A stretch of 31,772 nt of DNA from contig NW_021832168.1 of NCBI RefSeq assembly GCF_006345805.1, positions 1 to 31,772 of the forward strand. The letters are read 5' to 3'. Shown here piece by piece: positions 1 to 10,410 of the stretch. Within the stretch, counting starts at the first letter, position 1. Every line of letters begins with the position of its first letter. A program made the position numbers and the translations under genes. This DNA comes from Octopus sinensis (lineage: Eukaryota). The notes beneath the pieces were generated by a model. It ran no database searches. It was not told where the DNA came from and saw only the letters and a list, made by a program, of their open reading frames with translations.

Positions 1-2
1 TA

Positions 3-4
<2 letters not shown>

Positions 5-59
<55 letters not shown>
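5..59. repeat. (GT)n microsatellite
   Basis: Pure TG run; the ORF 6..281 is its translation. Confidence 0.98.
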
Positions 60-61
<2 letters not shown>

Positions 62-240
62 TCAAAGACTCGAAAGAGGCTGGCGCTGGTCTGCAAATCA
101 ACTATACTCTTTTATAACCAAGTTTACTATCTGTGTATATAAATATATGCGTGTGTGTGTGTGTGTGTGTGTGGTGTGTGTGTGTGTGTGTGTGCGTGTG
201 TGTGTGCGTGTGTGGGTCTTCATGTTTGTTCGACGCGCCG

Positions 241-420
241 CTTCACAACCGGTATCGGTTTATTTAGTCCCCATATCTTAGCAGTTCAGCAAAAGGGACG
301 AGATTAAGTACTATACTTTAAAAAAAAAAATTTAAGTACTCGGCTGGATTTGGATTTGTTCGGCTAAACCCATCAAGACAGTGCCCCAGCTTGGCCGCAG
401 TCCAGGGATAAAAGTATAAA
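241..420 (+). mobile_element. SINE family A, degenerate 3' half
   Basis: Matches the 3' half of the full copy at 18903-19317 (acttagcagttcagcaaaag...gtgccccagcttggccgcagtc...taaaag tail). Confidence 0.75.
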
Positions 421-934
421 GCTCTATTAAGTAAATCACACGAAGCTGTTAGCTCAGTAAGGTATTTTTAGTCTATTATCTAGTTGTACACTTGCTTTAT
501 CCCTATGTTCGTTCTGTTCCGTTAATATTCAACCCCTCGTAACTGACTGCTATTTTCTTGTAAGTCTTCATAGGAAATTGTCGCTTTCTACACCGGCTGC
601 AGGAACGAGTAGTTGTAGAAACATCTAGATGTCCCAATATGTTTCTACATATATTTTTGTATGGTGTATTGATTTTGTCTGTATATGAATTTTATACAGA
701 CGTTGTTCATAGCCCCGTTTAATGTCTAATTAATTGTTGAGAGTACTCGCAATTAATAAATGTCCTGATAGACGAAACATGTGTGTGTGTGTGTGTGTGT
801 GTGCGTGTGTGCGTGTGTGTGGTGTGAGGGTGTGGGTGTGGTGTGAGGGGGGTGAGGGGTTAGGGGGGTGAGGGGGCGTGGTGTGAGGGGGGTGAGGGGG
901 TGCGTGTGTGTTTCCATTGAGTCAAGACTGACTT

Positions 935-1400
935 AACAACTACCACCGCTACACTCACCACCACCATCACCACTATTATCATCAACAGTAGTATCACCAG
1001 CAACACTACTACTACGACCACAACCACCACCACCAGCGCTACTACAACCACTATTAGCATCATCACAACTACCTCTACACCAACCAACACCCTTACCACA
1101 ACTACCACCACCACCACCACTATTATCCACACCATCACTACAACAACTACTACCACCATCACCACAACTACTATTACCGCTACTACAATTACCACTGGTA
1201 TCGCTACAATGACTGATCTACCATTGAACTACCATCCTCTCACTACCCCCATCACTACCCTTCTCTGATCGTCACCATCATCATCACCATCATCATCGTC
1301 ACTACCAACATCACCACGTCTACCATCAACAAGCACCCCTCCATTACCACCACCGCCACCTACCGCCATATAACCCTACCCACCATATAACCCTACCCCA
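935..1400. repeat. Degenerate (CAC/CAT/ACT)n trinucleotide low-complexity tract
   Basis: Imperfect accacc/atcatc/actact runs; gives the poly-V ORF 860..1195. Confidence 0.9.
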
Positions 1401-1789
1401 ATCACAATCGCTACATCTCACCCACCTTCCACCTCAAATCCCCCCCACACACACACATTCTCTTTTCATACCCGCAATACAGTTACCCTCCACCCCAGAT
1501 CGGTCGACAACGAAATTGAAATTCCTGACTCTTTACGTGATAATCGACGCCGATTGGCGGGGCGGGTGGCGAAATGCATGCCGGTCTAGCACGGCTTCGT
1601 CACGTCACAGAGGGGAACCCATCCCGAGGAAATAAATAAATAGACAAACAAATAAAAGTGTGCCGCTGAGTTGGGGCGGCGCCGTTTAGAGAATGGGTCA
1701 TGATGTTTATTGGGGTGACGTGGGAGGAGTGGGGGTGTCACGTTTTTTAAAAATACCCCTATTACAGAAAATATATGGAGGTGTTAGTG

Positions 1790-2112
1790 TTAGTGTGTGT
1801 GTGTGTGAGTGTTTGTGTGTGTCTTTGCATGTATGTGTGTATGTTTATTTATGTGTGTTTGTGAGTGTGTGTACATGTATTTGTTTGTGTGCGTGTGTGT
1901 GTGTGTGCGCGAACGTTTGCAACTGGCTTTACATGTATGTGTGTATGTTCGTTTATGTGTGTGTGTGTATTTGTCTGTGTATGTGTGTTTGTGTGTATGT
2001 GTGTGTACGTGTATTTGTTTGTGCGTGTGTGGTGTGTATTTGTGTGTGTGTGTGTGCGCGCGTTTGCGTATGTATGCGTGTGCACTCGCACGCTCGTGTG
2101 TATGTGTGTGTA
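1790..2112. repeat. Compound (GT)n/(GTAT)n microsatellite
   Basis: Direct reading. Confidence 0.95.
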
Positions 2113-2114
2113 AT

Positions 2115-2400
2115 GAAGACTTGTCGCTCCATCTCCTCCGCCCACAATTCCTGGGAGGGTCATGGGGCTAAAGTCCTCCAGTACCCCCCACCCCACCCCG
2201 GACAGACCCCTGGGATGTCATCCAACCATTTCGTTCTTGCTCTACACCCGTTGGCTCAGCTTCAAGAAGCCGTCACGTGATTCTTTTCCTGTGACATTCT
2301 AATCACGTGTCCATTGTGCCGGAATGGTGACCACCCAATGCGAAAAAGCAACGGCTCGGCTTGGACAGACTCCCTGGTGTCCGAACTGTCTTTTATCTTC
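2115..2400 (-). mobile_element. RTE-clade LINE 3' coding fragment (degraded)
   Basis: Minus strand, across frameshifts, reads KIKDSSDTRESVQAEPLLFRIG..GHVIRMSQE-(R)ITxRLLEAEPTG..RARTKWLDDI. This resembles the RTE C-terminal GHV.RM...R.P......G.R..GRP..RW.D.I motif. Confidence 0.65.
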
Positions 2401-2600
2401 CATCTTTTACTTGTTTCAGGCATTAGACTGCGGCCATACTGGGGCACCTCCCTTGAAGAAATTTTTTTTTTGTCGAATGAATCGACCCTAGTACTTTTTT
2501 AAAGCCTGGTACATATTCTATCAGTCTCTTTTGCTGAACCGCTAAGTTACGGGGACGTAAACACACCAACACCGGCTGTAAAGCATTTATGGGGGAGAAA
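2400..2600 (-). mobile_element. SINE family A, 3' half
   Basis: cttttacttgtttcag-cattagactgcggccatactggggcacc...gaaccgctaagttacggggacgtaaacacacc is the reverse complement of the family A 3' half. Confidence 0.85.
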
Positions 2601-2654
2601 CACACGCAAAAAACACACATACATACATATATACACACACACATGTATATGGAG

Positions 2655-2950
2655 GGGAGGCGCATGTTTCAATGGTTAGAACGTCGAGTTCACAATCATG
2701 AGATAGTGAGTTCGATTCCCGGACGGGGCTACGTGTTGAGTTCTTGAGCAAGACACTTTATTTCACGTTGCTCCAGTTCACTCAGATGTATCAGCCCCTT
2801 TGCCTTTCCCTTGGACAACATTGATGACATGGAGAGAGGGAGGCTAGTGTGCATGGGTGACTACTAGTCTTCCATAAACAACCTTGCCCGGACTTGTGCC
2901 GCGGAAGGGAACTGTCTAGGTGCAATCCCAATTTCATTCATGACAGAAGG
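2655..2950 (+). mobile_element. tRNA-derived SINE, family C variant
   Basis: Head ggaggcgcatgtttcaatggttag with B-box-like gagttcgattccc. Shares ttcttgagcaagacactttatttcacgttgctccagttcactcag with 27121-27375; the 3' tail differs. Confidence 0.75.
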
Positions 2951-3052
2951 GAGTCTTTACCATATATATATTTTAAGAAACACTCATTATTACTGTGGAT
3001 ATCATGTGGGCAGTCATCTATAAGTGTTTTTGCTCTTCATGGTGCTGACATA

Positions 3053-3154
3053 AGTTCCTTGTCTTTCCTGATGAGATGGCGGCATAATGCACCCTTTATT
3101 CTTCGGAATTAGGAATATGCAGCCTTCGAAACATGTGTCGAGAGTAAAGGAATT
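3053..3154 (+). ncRNA. Type I hammerhead ribozyme (Penelope/retrozyme-like)
   Basis: CUGAUGA 3068-3074; stem II opens G3075-C3127; GAAA 3128-3131; stem III AC/GU around AUGU; GUC cleavage triplet 3137-3139; stem I CUUUC/GAGAG extended by AGUUCCUU/AAGGAAUU. Confidence 0.8.
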
Positions 3155-3494
3155 TTGTTAAAATCGTCGTTCGACTCCATTCTTTCATTTATTCATAGTT
3201 AAAAAAAAACACAAAAATTTACACACGAGAACACGGGATCCCTGCCCTTGGCATATAGCTTCAACCGTGTTTTCTGACGTGAATTTGCTACCCAGGTATC
3301 GGTTAACCGAATTATCCATACTAGGATAATTCATTCACCTCTTATATATATATATATATATATATATGATTTTCTTTTGGATTTTACCTTCCGGCTGCAC
3401 CTCTCCTACCTATGGATTACTCTGTGCTCTACTTTTGATGAAAAATCCTTGCAATACGCCATGACGTCTCAAACCTTTGAACTTTACCTAAAAC

Positions 3495-3531
<37 letters not shown>

Positions 3532-3559
3532 TCTATGCTTTCTAAACTTTCCTGTTCTT

Positions 3560-3745
3560 TCCTTTTGTCGTTTCTTTTTCTCTCCTTGATTCTCTCCTTG
3601 TTTTTCTTTCTGTGTCCCTTTCTGTAGAAGAGCGTAGGCTCGAAACATAAAAGACCTTTTCTATTCCTGAGCGTTATACTAATACATCTGTTTCTTTTGT
3701 ACACCACCTGTCTTCGTCTTTTGTTTTTTTCGTAAACTCTCCACC
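3560..3745 (+). mobile_element. Penelope-like terminal (pLTR) remnant with decayed hammerhead core
   Basis: cttt-CTGTAGA-A-GAGC-gtag-GCTC-GAAAC-ata-aaag (3618-3653), then ttcctgagcg...taata as in the copy at 25741-25945. Confidence 0.55.
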
Positions 3746-3776
3746 TACACACACACACATGTATATATATATATAT

Positions 3777-3820
<44 letters not shown>

Positions 3821-3985
3821 TGTGTGTGTGTGTATGCATATAAATATATATACATATAAATACATATATATATGTATATATATATATATTTATTATATTA
3901 TATATATATATATATATATAATGATATATATATATATATATACACACACACACCACACACACATATATATACATATATATATATC
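3745..3985. repeat. Compound (CA)/(TA)/(GT) microsatellite
   Basis: Direct reading. Confidence 0.95.
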
Positions 3986-4060
3986 GAAGTTGAGAGAATG
4001 AACGGGTAAAACCCAGGGCATGTATGTCTCTTTACTTGCTAATCCTCAAATATATATTCA

Positions 4061-4177
4061 TGATGGGCTTCTTTCAGTTTCCGTCTACCAAATCCACCCG
4101 CAAGGTTTTATTCGACCCGAAGCTAAAGCAGAAGACACTCTCACAAGGTGCAACGCAGTGGGACTGAACCCGGAACC
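4061..4177 (-). mobile_element. SINE family A, 5' part
   Basis: gggcttctttcagtttccgtctaccaaatccac...aaggtgcaacgcagtgggactgaacccggaacc. Confidence 0.85.
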
Positions 4178-4730
4178 CTATCCAGTAACGTAACTTATCC
4201 AATAAACACATTCAATGAGTTTTGTGATACACTGATGATATTGTAATTATTCTCCTATAGAATTGTATACAGCCTCCTTCGACAGTAGGACCTGATATGA
4301 CTGTCCATGCCAGGTAGCTGAGGGATTAGGATTAGGATTAGGGGTAGGGTTAGGATTAAGGATAATAAGATATTATGAAGAGAGGCGCTGGGTTCTCTTC
4401 TGCTAGTTTGAGGCTCCTCCTAAAAGACCCATGCCATGGTCAAAAATATTGTACACATTGACCAGGAGCCCCTTAGATTTTGAGACTTTGCCAGGCCTAT
4501 TGGTAAATCCACAACTGACCACCACCTCTGCAAGACCAGCTCAAAATGCCGGCAACTCAAGCAACTCCTGGGATGTCGTATGCTTGGGAGTGCCACGTTG
4601 TTTGGACTTTTCCATATTCAGAGATGGGGAAATTGAAAAATAATAAATACGACAGATAAATATTTTATTCTCACATTTGATAAACATTTTGTATCTATAT
4701 TTGTCTTACGCTGTGGTTATTATTCAACCC

Positions 4731-4968
4731 AAGGCGGCGAGCTGGCAGAATCGTTAGCACGCCGGGCGAAATGCGTAGCGGTATTTCGTTTGCCGTTACA
4801 TTCTGAGTTCAAATTCCGCCGAGGTCGACTTTGCCTTTCATCCTTTCGCGGTCGATAAATTAAGTACCAGTTACGCACTGGGGTCGATGTAATCGACTTA
4901 ATCCGTTTGTCTGTCCTTGTTTGTCCCCTCTGTGTTTAGCCCCTTGTGGATAGTAAAGTAGTAGGTAT
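4731..4968 (+). mobile_element. tRNA-derived SINE family B, near full length
   Basis: Head aaggcggcgagctggcagaatcgttagc, B-box gagttcaaattcc, central gtcgactttgcctttcatcctttcgcggtcgataaattaagtacc (recalled as Meta-domain-like; not verified). Confidence 0.85.
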
Positions 4969-5125
4969 TTCATCTAACACTACGTTCCGAGTTTAAATTC
5001 CGCCGAGGTCGACTTTGTCTTCCATCCTATCGGGGTCGATAAATTAAGTACCAGTGAACCACTGGAGTCGATGTAATTGACTCATCCCTTCCCCCAAAAT
5101 AGCTACCCTTGTGGCAAAATTTGAA
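4969..5125 (+). mobile_element. SINE family B, second tandem 5'-truncated copy
   Basis: Repeats gagtttaaattccgccgaggtcgacttt...gtcgataaattaagtaccagt. Confidence 0.8.
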
Positions 5126-5220
5126 CCCAGAACCATGTGGTTGCAAAACAAGCTTCAATCCACACAGCCACGCCTGGGCCTCAATGTTTTGGGTTCAAAT
5201 ACTGCCAAAGTTAGTTTTAT

Positions 5221-5322
5221 TATTTACATTTGACGGATATTTGTCCTCATCTTGTCTGTTGTTAACACAACGTTTTGGCTGATATACTCTCTAGCCTTCA
5301 TCAGGTGTCTTGGGGAAATTTC
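5221..5322 (-). mobile_element. Penelope-like pLTR fragment, inverted copy (hammerhead mutated)
   Basis: Reverse complement of 5609-5710, 96/102 identical, no indels; GAAA changed to AAAA. Confidence 0.75.
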
Positions 5323-5323
5323 A

Positions 5324-5352
5324 AGTAGTAGTAATAGTAGTAGTATTAGTAT

Positions 5353-5385
<33 letters not shown>

Positions 5386-5509
5386 CAGCAGCAGCAGCAG
5401 CAGCAGTAGAGGTGGTTGTAGTAGTAGTAGTAGTAGTAGTAGTAGTGTGGTGGTGGTGGTGGTGGTGGTGGCGGCGGCGGCGACGGTAGTAGTAGTAGTA
5501 GTAGTAGTT

Positions 5510-5568
<59 letters not shown>
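5324..5568. repeat. (TAG)n/(CAG)n/(TGG)n compound microsatellite
   Basis: Direct reading; spacer between the inverted arms. Confidence 0.97.
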
Positions 5569-5569
<1 letters not shown>

Positions 5570-5755
5570 ACATTAAAAAATACCTTAGGAATGAAAACCC
5601 AGGGGTTCGAAATTTTCCCAAGACACCTGATGAAGGCTGGAGGGTATATCAGCCGAAACGTTGTGTTAACAACAAACAAGATGAGGACAAACATCCGTCA
5701 AATGTAAATAGTGTAAATAATATACATAATTCCTCATCTCTTAAATATAGAACTG
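5569..5755 (+). mobile_element. Penelope-like pLTR with minimal hammerhead motif (5622-5667)
   Basis: GACAC-CUGAUGA-A-GGCUG..CAGCC-GAAACGUU-GUGUU: stem I GACAC/GUGUU, 1-bp stem III in the palindrome AACGUU. Confidence 0.7.
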
Positions 5756-5994
5756 GAAGTTAGTTTTGTTACTCATTCCTTCGGGGACGACAAAGTGTAG
5801 TACCAGTAATACACTGTGGCCAGTTATATCGACAATACATCTTTCTTTTCTTCTACAGCTTTGTGAAATTCGGGCAAATCCAGAAACAGTGATGTCTCGA
5901 GTATGTTATGCAGTGTCTTGTAAAACTTCGATTAACTGATATTATCGTTACAATTAGAAGAAAAGAACTCCCTCTTGGGGAAGTTTAGAATTAT

Positions 5995-6643
5995 AAAACA
6001 AGCTTACTTTGTAACCGCATGGATTCAGGTTCAATCTCACTACACGGCACCGTGGGCAAGTATCTTCTATTATAGCCCCAGGCCGGCTAATATTTTGTGG
6101 GTGAATCTCGTTGGCGGAAACTGTGCGGAAGACCGTCCTATACGAGTGTGTGTGTATGTGTGCATGTGTGTGTGCATCTGTGCGTGTGTGTGTGTATGCA
6201 TGTGTGTGTGCATGTATGTGTGCGCACGCATGTGTGTGTGTGCACGCGCGTGTGTGTGTGCACGCGCGCGTGTGTGTGCACGCGCGTGTGTGTGTGCACG
6301 CGCGTGTGTGTGTGCACGCGCGTGTGTGTGTGCACGCGCGTGTGTGTGTGCACGCGCGTGTGTGTGTGCACGCGCGTGTGTGTGTGCACGCGCGTGTGTG
6401 TGTGCACGCGCGTGTGTGTGTGCACGCGCGTGTGTGTGTGTCTTTGTGTCTGTCTTTGTTCCACCACCACCATCACAACCACTTAGCAAGTGGTGTTGGT
6501 TTGTTCACGTGCACGCGACATAGCGGTTCTACAAAAAGAAGCGATAAAATAAGCTGTGATCGATTTGTTCAACTAAAACCCTCCGAGGTAGTGCCCCAGC
6601 ATGGGCGCAGTCGAATGAATGAAACGTGTAAAAGACAAAAAGA
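5995..6643 (+). mobile_element. SINE family A with expanded internal repeat
   Basis: Degenerate 5' half 5995-6140 and 3' half 6440-6643 flank the repeat tract. Confidence 0.75.
6232..6440. repeat. 18-bp minisatellite (GCACGCGCGTGTGTGTGT) x11
   Basis: GCACGCG recurs every 18 bp from 6242 to 6422; translated as ARACVC repeats. Confidence 0.95.
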
Positions 6644-7070
6644 ACCAGCAAGGGACTTAACTCTATTAAAATCAAAAAATTGAAATTTTTCGGGAACTCT
6701 AAAAACGGTGCAGATGGAAGGGAATGGTTTTGTCTTTAAAGAAATCAATAATCGTAGACAGAATCAGGCAATATTGACATGGCGTTTTGAATTTCTGTGA
6801 GTTCTATCTTCGGTAAATATTTGACCAAGAATATTAAGTTCTAGCAGAAAAGACGACAACAACAACACCAGCAACAATAAAAGAACCAACAGCTGAAAGT
6901 TCCATCATTGTGGATATTCATTAAGGCATTGATATTTGGTAAATGGTGAGTGTGGGGCAAGCGGAAGCATCGCCATTATTGCACGTCGGAACTAACACGT
7001 TTCATGTTAATGGTGGCGGTGGTAGTGGGTAGAGGTAAGGTAGGTGGGAGATAGTTGCGGTTAAAGGCAG

Positions 7071-7077
7071 TAATAGT

Positions 7078-7118
<41 letters not shown>

Positions 7119-7120
7119 TA

Positions 7121-7162
<42 letters not shown>

Positions 7163-7185
7163 CAGCAGCAGCAGCAGTAGTAGTT
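7071..7185. repeat. (TAG)n/(CAG)n microsatellite
   Basis: Direct reading. Confidence 0.95.
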
Positions 7186-7239
7186 ATTCTATGCGAAATA
7201 AAACAACGATACTTATGTTGTACGGGAAAGGGAGAGTGT

Positions 7240-7370
7240 AATGCCGTTTATATTGATCCCAGTTCATGACTGGTACTTTATTTCACCGACCCCAGGGAAA
7301 TGAAAGGTATAGTCAACACTGGCGGGGTTTGAACGCAGAATGTAAATGTCAACTAAATACGTGCAGTTTG
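7240..7370 (-). mobile_element. SINE family B fragment
   Basis: ctggtactttatttcaccgaccccagggaaatgaaaggtatagtcaac...tttgaacgcagaa is the reverse complement of the family B core. Confidence 0.65.
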
Positions 7371-7574
7371 GGGGTTTCAAACGAAATGAAAGTAACTTTA
7401 CCAGAAATAGCGATAGTGTATCCCTTAATTTCATAAAGAGAAGAAAACGAGAACGTATAATGAAATAAAAGAACATTTAGTCACTGCAATATGTTGTTAT
7501 ATAATACCCCAAGGATTTATAACGGGAGATTTAGCAACATAACTCCGTGTAGTGTCTTCAACCGTTATTGATAT

Positions 7575-7787
7575 TGCTTTCAAATTTTGCACAAGGCTAA
7601 TAAGTTCAGGGGAGGGGGTAAGTCGATTAAATTGACCCTAGTGCTCAACTGGTACTTATTTTATCGACCCCGAAGGTTAAAAGGCAAAGTCAACCTCGGC
7701 AGAATTTGATTTCAGAACGTAAAGACGGACGAAATGCGGCTAAGTATTTTGTCCGGCGTGCTAACGACTCTACCAGCTCGCCGCCTT
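7575..7787 (-). mobile_element. SINE family B, near full length
   Basis: Ends in ccggcgtgctaacgactctaccagctcgccgcctt, the reverse complement of the head at 4731. Confidence 0.85.
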
Positions 7788-8359
7788 TTTAGCTGTTATT
7801 AATATTTGAAGAATATAGAAGAAATATCAAAACTTCCGATAGAATCTGATAGCTCTCCTTTTAGAAAGATTTATCCAACGGCAAAAAGTTCGAGAACATT
7901 CTATGAAGTGTTTGGCCGGAAGATTTCAGCTCACCAATTGATTTGATTGGCTGAGCCACTACCGCGTAAGTTCAATGCTGTTTATGGCAGCCATGGCCCG
8001 AAGCTGGGAAACATGGAAACATGAATGTGATGGTTCAAATCACACCGTCATCTCGCTACATATGTATTAAATTGGACCATTCATTAATCTAATGTTTATT
8101 AAGCATAGAGGTTGTGCTAGAGGACACCTCTCATTTGTAATATCTTCTTCACACAGCTTTCTCCTAGTAAACGGAGCGTACAATAGAGAATTAAGAGATG
8201 CTATTTTCTTCTTTGACGCACAAGGGAATCCAAAATGTACGGAAGCCCCACAGTGCTTCAACTAATTGTAAATGCTGACTTCAGCCGAGGACCACACACT
8301 TTTTAGCAAATGGTGTACTTTTTTGAATTTGAATAATTAATATTTAATTTGTCGGGAAG

Positions 8360-8520
8360 GCGATAAGCTGGCAATTCGTCTGTCTATACGTCCCGTGTTC
8401 AAATTCCACCGTGGTCGATTTTGCCTTTCATCCTTTCGGAGCCGATAAAATAAGAACTAGTTGAGTACTAGGGTCGAAATTACTGGCTTTGTGCCAAAAT
8501 TTTAAATCGATATTTCACTT
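8360..8520 (+). mobile_element. SINE family B, degenerate
   Basis: aggcgataagctggca...gttcaaattccaccgtggtcgattttgcctttcatcctttcggagccgataaaataag. Confidence 0.7.
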
Positions 8521-8931
8521 ATTGACATCCGAATGGTGTAAAGAAACACGGCTGGGATTTGAACTCAAAATACAACAAATGTTTTAAATTCTGCCACCGA
8601 CCTTCCAACTCTATTGCTAATTTATCTGACAAACCAATACCTATTAGGACCACTTCCGGTCAAGACTGACCACTTGGAGAATCCCTGTACAACATATACT
8701 CCAGCTCATGCCCCGATGATGACCAGGAGAGACAGACAGACTGAAGATGGCTACAGCTTGGCATCATTGTCATTGCTGGAAGAAACCACCACAAGATGGC
8801 CTCCACGTGCGCTCTGACCCCTAATCAACCACCCTGGATTGGTCCCTTCTGTTTGTATCGAGCCTGAAAGCATTAAAGGCAAAAATTGATCTCCGCAAGA
8901 TTTGAACTCAGAACGCAAAGAGTCAGAACAG

Positions 8932-9052
<121 letters not shown>

Positions 9053-9228
9053 CATACATGTATATGTATATATATATACACATATATATATTCATTTATT
9101 TGTTTCAGCTATGCATCTACGGTCACGCTGGAGCACCATATACATGCATATACGTGTGTGAGCATGTATATATCTATGGATTCATATATACACACACATA
9201 TTGTATACATGTGTGTTCGTGTGTAAAT

Positions 9229-9259
<31 letters not shown>

Positions 9260-9894
9260 ATGCATGTATGTATGTATGTATGTATGTATGTATGTATGTA
9301 TGTATGTATGTGTGTGTATGTATATATTATATGCACACGCGTGCACGGAGGCGAACATACACACATTATCTCAACAAATGCATTAATACTTGTATGCGCG
9401 TGCGCACAAGTGTACGTTCATGTATTTGGCTGTGTGTGCGCGCGTGTGTGTGTGTGTGTGTGTGTGTACATCATGTAATCGGTCCGACGACACGAACGTA
9501 AACTTCTGTAATAATCTAAAACGAAGTAAAGTGGATGAGAAAGCGGGAAGACGGACCAAGGCAGGCAACGGGAGGAAGGGGGGGTAATAGATTTTTGCCG
9601 CTCCATAAACAGATTACAGGGAGCGACCCCTACACGTTGGTAGCAGTCTGCAATGTTATCTTAAATAATTACTGCAAGCCCTGAATCCCTTACTTGGGAT
9701 GCCATTTACTTATAAATTACCCCTGTTTCATCCCCCTAAGGACCATTCTAATAACTTCCAATCCATTTCATGTTCTTGCGGAATTTCGGCAGTTTTTCAG
9801 TTTTATATCTCTCGGAATGTTCCGCAGAAACGGAGCGAGGTCACTGGAATTTGCAGACACACACACACACATTGCCACACGTCAGTTCTACAAG

Positions 9895-9897
9895 TTC

Positions 9898-9945
<48 letters not shown>

Positions 9946-10035
9946 TATTTATCTATCTATCTGTCTGTCTGTCTATCTATCTATCTGTCTATCCGTCTGT
10001 CTGTCTGTCTGTCCATCTATCTATCCATCTGTCTG

Positions 10036-10094
<59 letters not shown>

Positions 10095-10159
10095 GTCTGT
10101 CTGTCTATCTATCTATCTGTCTATCCGTCTGTCTGTCTGTCCATCTATCTATCCATCTG

Positions 10160-10218
<59 letters not shown>

Positions 10219-10410
10219 GTCTGTCTGTCTATCCGTCTGTCTGTCCATCTGTCTGTCTCTCTGTTTGCCTATCTATCTATCTACCTTTTAATCTATCTGC
10301 ATATCTGTCTGTCTGTCTATCAATCTATCTATCTATCTATCAGTCTATCTGTCTGTCTGTCCATCTGTCCATCTGTCTGTCTGTCTATCTATCTATCCAT
10401 CTGTCTGTCA
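9895..10410. repeat. (TCTA/TCTG/TCCA)n compound tetranucleotide array
   Basis: Direct reading; source of the LSIY ORFs. Confidence 0.97.

Noticed and set aside
4380-4650. ORF 4431..4643 and the surrounding balanced-GC segment as an exon
   Set aside because: No recognisable motif in the frames I read, and no convincing splice context; probably old TE debris.
6232-6440. Regular repeat array as a possible CRISPR
   Set aside because: Units are contiguous with no unique spacers; eukaryotic context; no cas genes.
8615-8880. CTGAAGA...GAAA at about 8741-8790 as a hammerhead
   Set aside because: No stem II closing pair and no stem I/III complementarity.
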